Below, in pieces: positions 12,885 to 24,790 of a DNA stretch of 64,000 nucleotides (positions are counted from its first letter, which is position 1; the number at the start of each line of letters is the position of its first letter). The stretch is from Zootoca vivipara (Eukaryota): NCBI RefSeq assembly GCF_963506605.1, contig NC_083276.1, positions 109,306,001 to 109,370,000 on the forward strand. The letters run 5' to 3'. The notes below the pieces were generated by a model. That model saw only the letters and a program-made list of their open reading frames with translations, made no database searches and had not been told where the DNA came from. The position numbers and the translations under genes are program-made.

Positions 12885-13515
12885 TATTTTAATAGACATT
12901 CACTGTCCCACGAAATAAAATATGTCTTTTGAAATAAAATATGTGTTCTTTTAAGTGAGAATAAAGTACTATAATAATAAAACAGTTGTCTCCATTGTTG
13001 CACCACGTTCCTGCCAATAAGTATCCCACTGCATGGTTGGGTTTTTTGTTTTTGTTTTTCATTTGCAAAATTATTGGAAGGGACATTGGAACAAGGGATT
13101 TCAATCAGCTTGAACGATGCCCTAATTCAGAAGGTGTCTTCCAAGTATTTATGGTATGATATTGATGGTCCCCTACTGTGCACACATTTCTGATAATATT
13201 TTCCACCGTTCCAATTAATATGTCCATGGTCTGATGAACTCTGAATGGCTGATGGAGTTCACAGGTAGTGCAAATGGTGGCAATATGAGGAAATTCCATT
13301 TTCGGTTTCATTTGCACCTAAAATTATTCAAAGCAAAGAAATCCAGCCCTACCTAATTTCGTATTCATAACAAGCAGGCTTTATCTGTACAGCATTCACC
13401 TTCTCCTATTCTTTCTTTTCAGGAAATAATTTGTAATTTAGGGAAATATGTTGCCTACCTAGTTCACCGAATGCTAGGAGGGAAGAACTTGCAACTTGAA
13501 ACCAACAACACTATG

Positions 13516-13772
13516 TTGCAGTCATCAGCAGTCGTTAACAGCCATCTACAGGTTTACCACTCCCATCAGCCCATCACCCATTCCCACCCACCCCCACCCC
13601 CCTCTGTATATACATAAGGGTCTGACACTTCTGTTTCAAGTGTATCTGAAGAAGTGTGCATGCACACAAAAGCTCATACCAAAATAAAAACTTAGTTGGT
13701 CTTTAAGGTGCTACTGAAGGAATTTTTTTATTTTGCTTCGACTCAGACCAACACGGCTACCTACCTGTAACT
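13516..13772 (+). mobile_element. Penelope-like element 3' terminal (pLTR) fragment
   Basis: Contains a hammerhead-type motif and the tail ...gttggtctttaaggtgctact...cagaccaacacggctacc typical of reptile PLEs; 9-bp TSD AACACTATG (13507-13515, 13773-13781). Confidence 0.85.
13642..13679 (+). ncRNA. Minimal type I hammerhead ribozyme motif, core mutated (GAAA to AAAA)
   Basis: GTAT-CTGAAGA-A-GTGTGCATGCACAC-AAAA-GCTC-ATAC: stem I GTAT/ATAC, CUGANGA core, palindromic stem II, minimal stem III. Confidence 0.8.
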
Positions 13773-15032
13773 AACACTATGCTCAATACCCAGCTTTAAT
13801 ATGGACATAATATGGACCAGATTTAAAAGTAGGACAGAAACACTCTGGGTGGCTGCCAATGTAAAACACCCATGAGCCATAAGGAAGGTAGATTTTAAGT
13901 CATAGAAGAACCAGACTTCAGCCTTTTGGGGGGAAGATTTTCTCTCTCTCTCTCTCTCTTGGCTCCTTGTTCTCCAGGAGCGATGCTCTGGGTGAGGGAC
14001 CTTTTCACCTTACCCTTTGGAATGGGTTTCATTAAGAATCATTATTCATTTGAATCAATTAGGTGTGGCTGAATAAAACACCTACAAATGTCTGCTTCTT
14101 CCTGAAACACAATCCCAAAGACCGTTGTTTCAGAACCACTTCTACTGTACGTATCCAACAGATGGTCCCCAAATGTGAACAGGTGATGATGACTCTGGAT
14201 TGTCTCCTTCCAAGATAACCCACAGCATGGAGTGTTGTTTTTTACTAATGTGAAAAATGTCACCTTAATTACTTGTTTCTGATTCCCTTTGCACAGAAAT
14301 CCAGAGGAACATGTGGCAGACTGTGGAAAAAGGTCTCTTGTCACAGTGAGCTCCCTCTGCCTTCCATTAAGAAAAGAATGAAGTATCAGGGATGTTGCCG
14401 CCATGTCTTACCACTATCCTGTCAAGACCAAATGGGAGGAGGAGGAGGAAGACTCCATCGCTGCCCTAGTACCTATGAGGTCCAAGAAAAATCATTGGGT
14501 AGGAAAGAATTGCAGTGTAAAAAAGAGGGCCAGAGGCCTTCTGAGTCTGGAGCATGGGAAGTTGATAAATTTGTATAATTTGGCAGAAGATTTAGAAAAA
14601 ACATTTAATTGATATTTTTTATAATTTGTATAATTGGAAGGTGGATTAGGTTTTTAAATTGGAAAATCTAATAAAAATGTTTATGAAACAAAAAATCATT
14701 GGACTCCAACACACACAAACACACACACAGACCTTGCCAACAAGATACTGTAAATAAATAAAAATGGTACACCATCCAGGTTGCAAACACTTGACTTTTG
14801 TCCAGCTCTAAAAACTCTTCCTTTTTCTCAGAGATGTGTGTGTTTGGGAAGCAGAAGTGGATTTCCAAACCATGGTTTAACGTTCAATCTATTTCCCAAG
14901 GGGACTCTGGGAATTGTGGCCAGTGGCTTTTTTATAGGGGAAAAAATGGGTGGTTGTTACAGTACATCATGAAGTTGTTACAGTAAGTGCCACACTTTTG
15001 ATGGGGGTGGGTAGGTGCCGATACCGCACCTT

Positions 15033-15414
15033 GGGACGCGGTTGGCACTGTGGTCTAAACCACCCAGCCTCTTGGGCCTGCCGATTGTAAAGTCGGCGGT
15101 TTGAATCTGTGTGACGGGGTGAGCTCCCATTGCTCTGTTCTTGCTCCTGCCAACCTAGCAGTTTGAAAGCATACCAGCATGAGTAGATAAATAGGTACTG
15201 CTGTGGTGGGAAGGTAAACAGTGTTTCTGTGCGCTCTGGCACTCATCACGGTGTCCTGTGCACCAGAAGCGGTTTAGTCATGCTGGCCACATGACCCAGA
15301 AAGCTGTCTGCGAACAAACATCAGCTCCCTCAGCCTGAAAGCAGAGATGAGCAACGCTCCCCATAGTTTGAATCTGACTGGACTTCCAGGGGTCCTTTAC
15401 CTTTTTACCTTTTA
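15033..15414 (+). mobile_element. Sauria SINE
   Basis: GGGACGCGGTTGGCACTGTGGTCTAAACC head; ACCTTT tail. Confidence 0.9.
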
Positions 15415-15954
15415 CTGCGAACCCTTGAATACCCCCCAGAAAAAAAATCTTCTGTGAAGGGAAAAGGAATCTTCTAAGACAGGCGTGTCAAACTCAAATT
15501 CATCGGGGGCCGCATCAGCAGTTTGGTCACCCTCAAAGGGCCGGTTGTATCTGTAGGACTATGTGTCCACTCTTTATTATCATAAATTATTGTCACTGCA
15601 TTCAATTATTACTGTTTTTTGTAATAATGTAAGTAATAACTAGCTCTGAAAGCAGAAACATAGTCAGAATAGTGGCAAGTAGATATTCAAATGTACAATT
15701 ATTGTACAATTTATTGAAAAATGATTTTTGGTAACTGCACTGGGTGGTGGAGGCTCGCTAGGGTTTCATGCAGGACCTTTGCAGAGCTACTAGTACCTGG
15801 AGATGCTGGGGTCCTTCTGCATGCAGGACAGATGTTCTGCCAGTGAGCCACCACCCTTCACCAAAGGGACTGGCTGAGGTTGACTCACTGGAGCTGCTCT
15901 CCTGGTTCCAGGGTTTAAGGGCCAGAAGTATAAAGCAGCATCCTATGTTTCTGA

Positions 15955-16440
15955 GGAGAGGGAGAGGGAGGGGAGGGAGGAAGGGAGGGAGGAAGGAAGA
16001 AAAGAGGGAGTGGGAGGGAGGGAGGGAGGAAGGAAAGAGGGGAGAGAAAGAAGAGTAGGAAATAAGGAAGGGAATAAAGAAGGAAAGAAAAAGAAAGAGG
16101 GGGAGAAGAGGGAAAGGGAGAAAGAAGGAAGGAAGTAGAGGGAAAGAAAGAATAAGAATGNNNNNNNNNNNNNNNNNNNNNNNNNNNNNNNNNNNNNNNN
16201 NNNNNNNNNNNNNNNNNNNNNNNNNNNNNNNNNNNNNNNNNNNNNNNNNNNNNNNNNNNNNNNNNNNNNNNNNNNNNNNNNNNNNNNNNGAAGGAAAGAG
16301 GTGAGAGAAAGAAGAGTAAGAAAGAAGGAATAAAGAAGGAAAGAAAAAGAAAGAGGGAGAGAAGACAGAGATAAAGAAGGAAGGAAGGAGAGGGAAAGAA
16401 AGAATAAGAACGAGAGAGGGGAAGAAAGAAAGGGAAGGGG
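15955..16440 (+). repeat. Polypurine low-complexity tract with an approximately 130-bp higher-order unit
   Basis: Nearly pure G/A; block gaaggaaagagg..gagaaagaagagta..gggaaagaaagaataagaa occurs on both sides of the gap. Confidence 0.85.
16161..16289. other. Assembly gap (129 N) inside a purine-rich repeat
   Basis: Run of N. Confidence 0.99.
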
Positions 16441-17518
16441 GGGTCGCCGCCTTGATTCAGGGCCAGAAAAGAGTGCGAAGGGACCCCCCCCCCGGCCCCA
16501 GCTGTTTGTCGGCGCTTTGTCAGCACGGTGCTTCAGCAGCAAGGTCCCGCTGCTGGGTCCTGCTGGCTGGGGCGCTTGGCGGGCCACATGACGAGGTCTG
16601 GCGGGCCGGATTTGGCCCCCGGGCCTTGTGGTTGACATCCATGTTCTAAGAACTCTCAGCACCCTTAACAAACTACATTTCCCAGACTTATTTGTGGGAC
16701 AACTAAAGTGGCATCATAGCACTTTAAACGTATGGTGTGAACATGACTGCAGTCAGAAACATGGCAATTGAGTCTACCTTGTAAAAATGGACAGAGCACC
16801 CAAAATGTGGAACAGAATGTTGAGTTGTGGGTTTCTGTTGCCTATGAGAAGCCTCACCAGCTTCCAGTATAAATAACTGTAAGGCAGTGGCAATTTAAGT
16901 GAGGCTTGTTTCATACAAGCACTCTGAAGTGAATCTGGGGCTGCCTGTTAACTGTCACGAGTGGCACCACGGATGTCCTCCCTCCCACAACATCCAGCCT
17001 CTTAGAATAAAAAACCCATTACACTTTGCCTCAGTGGACCTTCTCCTAATTTGGAAACTCAAGGAATATAAATGAATCGGAAAAAGTGTTTTCCTTTTGT
17101 ACAAGGGTTTAAATATGTCCTCTGAGAGCTGTGGGCTCATTCAACACAGCAAATCACTTAATTTCAGCTGTGCGGTCTATGGAATTCATTTTTTTCTCAC
17201 ATGAAATGAGATCAGCCTCTGCTTCTCTCCTGGGCTATTGAATCTTAGACTATTTAGTCATATTTATTTAGCATAGGCATTTTATTCAAAGGATTTGAAA
17301 TTGTGTAAAACCAAACCACAAACCTCATAGGCAAAACCGATAGTTCCGGTTTTTCCTCCTCCCTCCCCAGCTACTGTTCCTTTTATGCCTTGCCCCATTA
17401 TATTGTTAGGATTTTGCTTATTACATTGTCATAGTTCACCTTTAAGTGAGAAGGGGAAGAGCCGTAGCTCAGTTGTACAGCGTCTGCTTTTCTCCCACTG
17501 GTCTCACCTGCTTGGAAT

Positions 17519-17834
17519 AAAATAATAATAATAATAATAATTTATTTGTACCCTGCCCATCCTTATTTGTACCCTGCCCATCCGCCTTCTGGCGGTTCAC
17601 TCGTTGCGAGAAGCCAAGTTGCAGGGAACTAGGCAGAGGGCCTTCTTGGTGGTGGCGCCTGCCCTGTGGAATGCCCTCCCAACAGATGTCAAAGAGGAAA
17701 ACAACTACCACTTTTAGAAGACATCTGAAGGGAGGCTTTTAATGTTTAATAGATTACTGTGTCTCATTTTTCTGTTGGAAGCCGCCCAGAGTGGCTGGGG
17801 AAACCCAGCCAGATGGGCGGGGTATAAATAATAA

Positions 17835-17884
<50 letters not shown>

Positions 17885-18060
17885 CCAGCTGGGTTTCCCC
17901 AGCCACTCTGGACAGCTTCCAACAAAGATTAAAATACATTAAAATGTCACACATTAAAAACTTCCCTAAACAGGTCTGCCTTCAGATGTTTTCTAAATGT
18001 CAGGAAGTTGTTTATCTCATTGACATCTGATGGGAGGCCATTCCACAGGGCCGGCGCCAC
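17519..18060. mobile_element. Cluster of three L2 3' fragments (-, +, -)
   Basis: Minus tail 17519-17582 with a 20-bp duplication; plus copy about 17598-17883 ending in (TTA)n; minus copy about 17884-18060. Confidence 0.85.
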
Positions 18061-19440
18061 CTATCCTACATTTGTCACCACCATGCTCACTCACAGAGAG
18101 AAAAAATAAAAGTGGTTGTGCATTTTAGAGGCAGTTGATGCCACAGAGTGACTAGGAAACTTAAGGATTCCCTGCTATGACTTGAAACACCTTGTTAATG
18201 GTGTGACTCAACATGGAAATGTTATGGAACCTTTCCAAATCACCACAATTCACCTCATAATTCAAGGTGCATCCTGAGCAGGCTATTGTTTCTCATTTTC
18301 TGAAGAAAATGATGATGATTGAGATCAAAGGTGGGGAACCGGTGGCCCTTGAGTTGTTGCTACACTACAACTCCCATCATCGCTGACAATTGAGCACACT
18401 GCCTGGAGCTGTTGGAGTACATCTGAAATGGCACAGACTCCTCATCTTTGCTGTAGCCCCAAGCTGTTCTTTATTCCTGGAAAGGGAACAGCAACCTGAG
18501 GAAATGATGCAGATAATTTATTTTATGAGGAGGGAGACCTTCACAGAACTTTAGCTGTAGATTCCCAAGGGAAGAGGCTCAAGACTATTATCTGACCGAA
18601 TCCTGCCATATTAATAAAACAAAGCTGTGTCTGGCTCTAATGAGGATGTAGGTCACAGAATTAAGGACCACAAACCTAGTCCTACATAACAGTTAATAAG
18701 CCTGCGTGGACAGTAATAGCAGCAACACAAGTTTTGCCATTATTAAAACTGGTGTACAGTAGTTTTAATGTGCAGCTAAATTCCAGAAACACCGTTTTTA
18801 AAATACTGGAAATGAACCACTGAGTGGGCCTACTTGCTATTTTACAGCCAGGAATTTGGTGGCTAGCTTTCTGGGGCATGGAAAAGGGATCTGATAGCAT
18901 CATACATGCCTCTCATCTCACTATGGAAGCAAGACGGCACAGCTTTCTTTTCCATTGCTCAATTCCTGTTCAGTTCAGGCAATGTCTGTCAGATCAAGTC
19001 GGAATGATCAAGAATGTGGCTGCCCATGCACAACTTGTCATCATCTCAGTGTGACGGACAACCGAGCTCCAACCCCCCTCCCCCAAACCCTTACATAACA
19101 ATGTACAACTCAAAATTAGGCCAGAGTTTCAGGGAGACCAACAGCAATGATGAGTTGGTGTGTTATGATGCCTGCTTATGAATTTCTCAAGGCAAAGGAG
19201 GCTAGCCTGCCCTGGATTTATGCTGTTGTGGTGGGAAGGTCCTTTGTGTGGTGAATGTCATCTTGAACAGACAGGCAATGCCTTATAGCAGCATTCTTTA
19301 ACCAGGTCTAGAGCCAGGACCCACCTGCAACATGGGAACCCTCTTTCATTTTTTTATTGATACTTAATAGTGCTAATTATGCACATTATTAATCCTAGAA
19401 GTGTTAATACGAAAGTGGCAATTGCAAGGAAGATGAGTAT

Positions 19441-19830
19441 TGTTACGTTGGCACTACTTGGGCCACGGAGGCGTTGCTGACAGCAGCTGTAGTGGCACCT
19501 CCTTCCTGACTGGACTTGGGGCTCAGAGGCCTCCCCACAGGAAGGGACTTGCAGGCATGTCTGCCATAAGCCAGAGGGGGTGGGGGAGCCCCATAACCTT
19601 TGCACAATGATCTGGAAACCTGTACAACTGATGTTATGGACCAGTGTGACAACATGGTCACACCCTTTGAGGGAAACGAAAGATCCCCACTCCTGTGCTG
19701 AGTAACATGGGAGCATTAAGTCCTGCATAGTCTTCTCCCAAATATAAAATACCGCAATTAAAGAAAGAGGAAGGGCCACATGATGTGCTCAGCCCTGTTT
19801 TTCTGCTTTGAGGCTGCTGGTCCCTATTCA
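19441..19830 (+). mobile_element. Possible solo LTR
   Basis: TG..CA bounded, flanked by GTAT on both sides, GC-richer than its flanks, ATTAAA near the 3' end; terminal inverted repeat weak. Confidence 0.3.
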
Positions 19831-20344
19831 GTATGTCCCATTGTGCCTAACTGCAAATTTTTAAATCTCAAGTAAGAAAAGTAGAGCTGTAGATACTAGA
19901 TATATGGATAGATACATGTTTATTTTTGAAGAGGCTTTGGGGGGGGGGATCATGTTCAGTTTATTTTTTACCTCAGTGAACATGACTGCTTTTTAAGCAT
20001 CAATGTTTGGGTTTTGTTTTTGCTCTAACACTCTGTGTTCCTCCAAAACACCTTTAAATATATTGGCAGTCAAAGAAACAACTAAGTTATCATCAAGATT
20101 GGCAAAGTCTTCTTTCAAAGGCGTTAGACTTAAATCTCACAGGTGAGCAACCAGCTGTGTGCATGTAAAAGAGAAGAAGAAAGAGGCACCCTTTGAAGCT
20201 TAAGAGAGAATTTTTAAAGTCACTATTCCTCAGACATACTTCTGCTGAGGATAAATTCTCCTGAGGTTAATGACAGAGGCCTTGCTGGCTGTGCTGCATG
20301 CAAGATCTGCTCCATTTATGATGGGACCTAAAAACAAATGAAAA

Positions 20345-21800
20345 TGTTTTTAAGTAAAACAAATAGGAATCAGAGCCCTGTGGGATGTGAGCAATGATCT
20401 ATCCTGGTTCTCCCCGTGGCCAACCATATTCCTCTGGAAAGCACCGCAAGAAAAGGAGGTCAACAATAACTCCTGCTACTGTTCCTAAGGAACTTTTACT
20501 GGAAGCTGAATTTAGCCTTTGCGACTAGCAGTGCCTATTGAGGGCTATGAATTTGTCTAATCCTCCTTTAAAGCCGCCTGATCTCATGGCCAGCAACACA
20601 TCTCGTGGAAGAGAGTTTCATTAAAGTTGCGGTGAAGGAAAGAGAACTTCTCCCTGTCTGTCACAACAATATAAGGACAGCCCTTCTGGAATACACACCA
20701 AAATCACTTCTAGTTCAATATCCTGCTTCCCACAGTGGTCAACCAGAAGCCTATTAAAAGCCTGCTAACAGACACGAGCAAAATAGTGTTCTCCCACTCA
20801 TGACCACCCAGAAACAGGTATGTACTGTATTCTGAAGTATGCTGCCTCTGATTTCTGGAGGGAACGTATAGGCATTGCAACTGTTGTAACCTTTCCTCAA
20901 AGGAATTGTTTCAGCTCCCTAATCATTTGGGTTGCCATTCTCTGCATGTTTCCCAGTTCTACAATAACCTTTTCAATAAATAAAATAAATAATATAATAT
21001 AATTTATTTATACCCCACCCATCTGGCTGGGTTTCCCCAGCCACTTTGGGCAGCTCCCAAAAGAATATTAAAAACACAATAAAACATCAAACATTCAAAA
21101 CTTCCCTAAACAGGGCTGCCTTTAGATGTCTTCTAAAAGTCAGATAGTTGTTTATTTCCTTGACATCTGATGAGAGGGTGTTCCACAGGGCGGGCACCAC
21201 TACCGAGAAGGCCCTCTGCCTGGTTCCCTGTAACCCCACTCCTTGCAGTGAGGGAACGGCCAGAAGGCCCTCGGAACAGGACCTCAGTGTCCGGGCTGAA
21301 CAATGGGGGTGGAAACGCTCCTTCAGGTATACTGGAGATGTGGGAACCAAAATGATACAGCATGCAGAGTATTCCAAGTGTAGTTGTGCCGTTGTTTTGT
21401 ATAAATTTGATCTGTAGAAAAGTATTGTGATGTTGGCAAGTTTTAGTTTTTGATCCCTAACCCATAACTCACCTTTTAAATAGTTGCCACACACTGGATC
21501 GAAGTTTTAGCTGAGCTATCTACCATGACCGCAAGATCTCTTTCCTAGACCCCTTAGATTGCTTTTTTTAAAAAAAGGATTGGCTTCTTTCATTGGCTTC
21601 TTTCCAGTCTTCTGATACGGAGGCCAGGCTTTGAGATACGTTACATATTTTTATTAGAAACTCAGCAATCTCACATCCGAGTTCTTCAGGAACTATTGGA
21701 TGGCTGCCATCTGGACCCAGGGATTTATTAATTTGCAGTTTGTCAATAAGGCCTAGAAATCCATATCTTGCCTCCCCTACTTGCCTCAGTCATTCAGATT
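20345..21800 (-). mobile_element. Decayed CR1 LINE fragments, interrupted by an L2 insertion
   Basis: CR1-type antisense motifs (atgaatttgtctaatcctcctttaaagcc; agagtattccaagtgt; gccatctggacccagggattta); boundaries approximate. Confidence 0.65.
20977..21333 (-). mobile_element. L2 LINE 3' end
   Basis: Encodes PVYLKERFHPHCSARTLRSCSEGLLAVP..GTRQRAFSVVVPALWNTL..FRRHLKAALF (L2 ORF2 C-terminus) plus tail. Confidence 0.9.
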
Positions 21801-22359
21801 CCCTTCCTTGCCTTTAATCTCCGGCCAATTGTTTTTACTGGAAGACTGTGCGTTCCAGTGTAGACCAGACAACAGGGAAGACCTTATACAAGCATTTCAA
21901 GGAAACTGCATTGGCTGATACCTCCCCCTCCCTGTTTTGTTAAACAATTTCTATGAACTGCTTCTGTAATTTATTTGTATCAGCTGTCAGGGAAAAATTC
22001 CTTATCAGTTACACATGGTCAGCTTTCTTCATTCTCTGTGGTATATCTGCTCACAATACATCTATAAAAATTTAAATGGTTTTGCCATTTTCCTCCACTT
22101 AATCATTTTTATTTTTGTCCCTAAATTGCTCATTCTTAGTCCTGGTGGTTTTTCATACTCTCTAATGGTTTCAGAATTTTGACAGCAATAAAAATAGCAA
22201 AATTAAAGGGCTCAGTGGAAACCATTTGTAACATCATACAGAGGCACGCATCAAAATTAAGGAGTGATTTATGTTGATCTGCGAACTTTTGTATTTAGAG
22301 GCATTCTACTGGATTTGGTGCATTTCTCAGTATTCCATGTTACAGCAAATAAAAAGAAA

Positions 22360-23230
22360 GTTTTATCTAGATCCATCTCAGTTTAGCTTCAGGCCCCAAT
22401 ACAGCATCAAAGTAACTTCGGTGGTCTTCCTGATTAATTACCATTATCAGAGGAGTGACAGGGAGAGTTCAACCTTGCAGATTATGCACAACTTCTCAGT
22501 AGCTTTTGATAATCTGGGCCATGGTGTCCTCTTGGAGACATTCAGAGTTGGAGCGCTGAATTGCAGTGGTTCCATTCCTATCTCTGTAGTTGCTTTTAAA
22601 GAGTAGCAGCTAGGAATTTCTGCTTAATTCCATAGGAGTTATTGTGTTGGGTTCTGCAAGAACCAGTCTTATCCCCCATACTCTTTAACATCTATATGAA
22701 GCAATTGGGAGACGCCATCAGGAGATTTGTAGCAAGGTGTTATCAATATGTAAATGAAACTCAGCTCTGTTTCTCTGCTCCTTCTGAATTAGGTGTCTGG
22801 AGGCAGTAATGGGCTGGCCATGGGCCAATAAAGTGAAACTGAATCCAGACAAGCTGAGGTACTGTGACTAGGGTTGCCAGACTCAATAGAGGACAGGACT
22901 TCTGTGCCTTTAATTGCCCTGCTCTCTTTTGAGTCTGAAAACCTTAAAGAGAAACCAGCAGACCCTTTGCTTGGAAATTAAACAAAGGGTCTGCTGGTTT
23001 CTCTTTAAGGGTTCCAGACTCAAAAGAGAGCAGGGCAATTAAAGGCACAGAAGTCCTGTCCTCTATTGAGTCTGGCAACCCTAACTGTGAATTGTGGGCT
23101 TTCAGGTCTGGGAACTAGGTAGATGGCCCACCCTTCATAGGGCTTTATTGTCCTTGAAAGAGCAAGTCTGTAGCCTGGGGGTGTTCCTTGATCCACCTTC
23201 ATCATTTGAAGCCCCAGTGGCTAGGAGTGG
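22360..23230 (+). mobile_element. Decayed L2 reverse transcriptase fragment
   Basis: YLDPSQFSFRP...FSVAFDNLGHGVLL, then GVPQGS-, LFNIY- and LNPDK-like relics; interrupted by a MITE. Confidence 0.8.
22869..23083. mobile_element. Fold-back hAT MITE (101-bp arms)
   Basis: TAGGGTTGCCAGACTC...GAGTCTGGCAACCCTA; two mismatches between arms; TSD actgtgac/actgtgaa. Confidence 0.92.
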
Positions 23231-24597
23231 CCCACTTTCAGCTCTCTCCTTTCATTTATGTAATAATAAACAGTGATGTTGCCACAATTTATAATTCAGT
23301 TTATGAACTTGTTCAAGTCCTAATGCAGGAATCTTGTTTTTTTCTCATTTGGCTGTTTTCTATTTTTCATCCTCTCTTGTTTGACTTGTTGTGACCCGGC
23401 CCCCAGCTGACAAAGCAAACTTTTGTTTGATTAATGTCTTTTTCTATTGGGCTCAGTTCTCTTGCATTTGGCAGAATTTCAAGAAGCTGCTGCCCTCTCC
23501 TGCCAGATCTAAAATTGATAGCCAGTGTGGTGTACCAATTACTAGACTGGGAGGACCCAGGCTTTAATCCCATAGAGCTCACCAGGGGATCCTGGGCACT
23601 CATGGATGTTTATATGATGTGGTGAGAAAAATACTGGGGAGGGGGAGAAAACCATGTGCACCAGGAGATAGGCAACTTGTGGCCTTCCAGAAGTTGTGGA
23701 CTACAACTCCCACCATTCCTGATGATTGGCCATGAGTCTTGTGTGAGGTTTAAAGGTACAAACACGCAGCTCACCCAACCCTAACAATGATATAATTTTT
23801 TATAAATTGGGGTTCCTGTGGTTATGCGTCGAGCACATGCACACATGAAAGCATCTCCCATTTCACCCTCGCTTCCATTTTCCAGTCTGGTGTTTGTTCG
23901 TCAAAGCATGTCTGGAACAGGGTAGGGAAGCCGCTGAGTACTTCTCAAATTGTCAGTAATTGCCCATCCCTTTACAAAGCGGGACCAAATTTATGGAAAT
24001 CACATTCTTGTAAGTAGATTGACTAGCCCCTCTGAGCTTTCTAAGTGCTTCTCCTTGCAGCGCTACACCTTTTGCACTTCATAAATTGCATTTAGCATTC
24101 TTAGAAGGGAAACAGTGAATGACATTCCATTCATTTGTCACAGGCAACAAGCAACATCATATGGAATGATACATCATTAACACAATGGCACTTGGAGACT
24201 CATTTTGCTGGCAAAAAAAATGGGTCAAGGAGATCAAATACACGTCAAGTGGCTACTCTAAAACCTTTTGGCTGTCGTTTATGACAAAGAGAATGCTGAT
24301 AAACAGGTTCATATTCCTGGGCACTGCAGAGGAGATCAAAACATGCAAAAGAGAAAAAATTATTTGCAACAATTTACATTCTTTAGGCTATAATTCAAAG
24401 TCATGCTTCAGAAGTTGGTTCTGATTTAGAGTCGATGGAATAAGTAGATCATGCTGTTCGTTAGAAAGTCTAATTTTAATTGCAGGAAAATGTTTGGCAT
24501 CAAGCTCTCTCTGAGTTCTTCCTCATCTTAAACATTTATTATACTTTGGGTTCCTTCTTGTCTGATTTTTCCTTCACAGGGGAAATATTTTACTATA

Positions 24598-24790
24598 CAG
24601 TCGTACCTCGGGTTATGAACTGCGCAAACCCGGAAGTATTTTCGCCGCGCGCGGTTTGCGCATGCACAAAGCGTGAAAATAGCTAAAATAGCACTTTGCG
24701 CATGCGCAAAATGGCGGTTTGGGTTACGAACTTTTCGGGTTACGAACTGCGACCCGGAACGGATCATGTTCGTAACCCGAGGTATTACTG
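24598..24790. mobile_element. Tigger-like MITE
   Basis: TIR CAGTCGTACCTCGGGTTA / TAACCCGAGGTATTACTG; TA TSD. Confidence 0.88.

Larger units (their letters stand above)
15480..16643. mobile_element. Non-autonomous hAT (Charlie-like) transposon, about 1.16 kb
   Basis: TIR CAGGCGTGTCAAAC / GTTGACATCCATG; GGGCC subterminal motifs; perfect 8-bp TSD TTCTAAGA (15472-15479, 16644-16651). Confidence 0.88.

Noticed and set aside
15915-16671. 203- and 242-aa ORFs
   Set aside because: Low-complexity polypyrimidine reading across an N-gap inside a hAT element.
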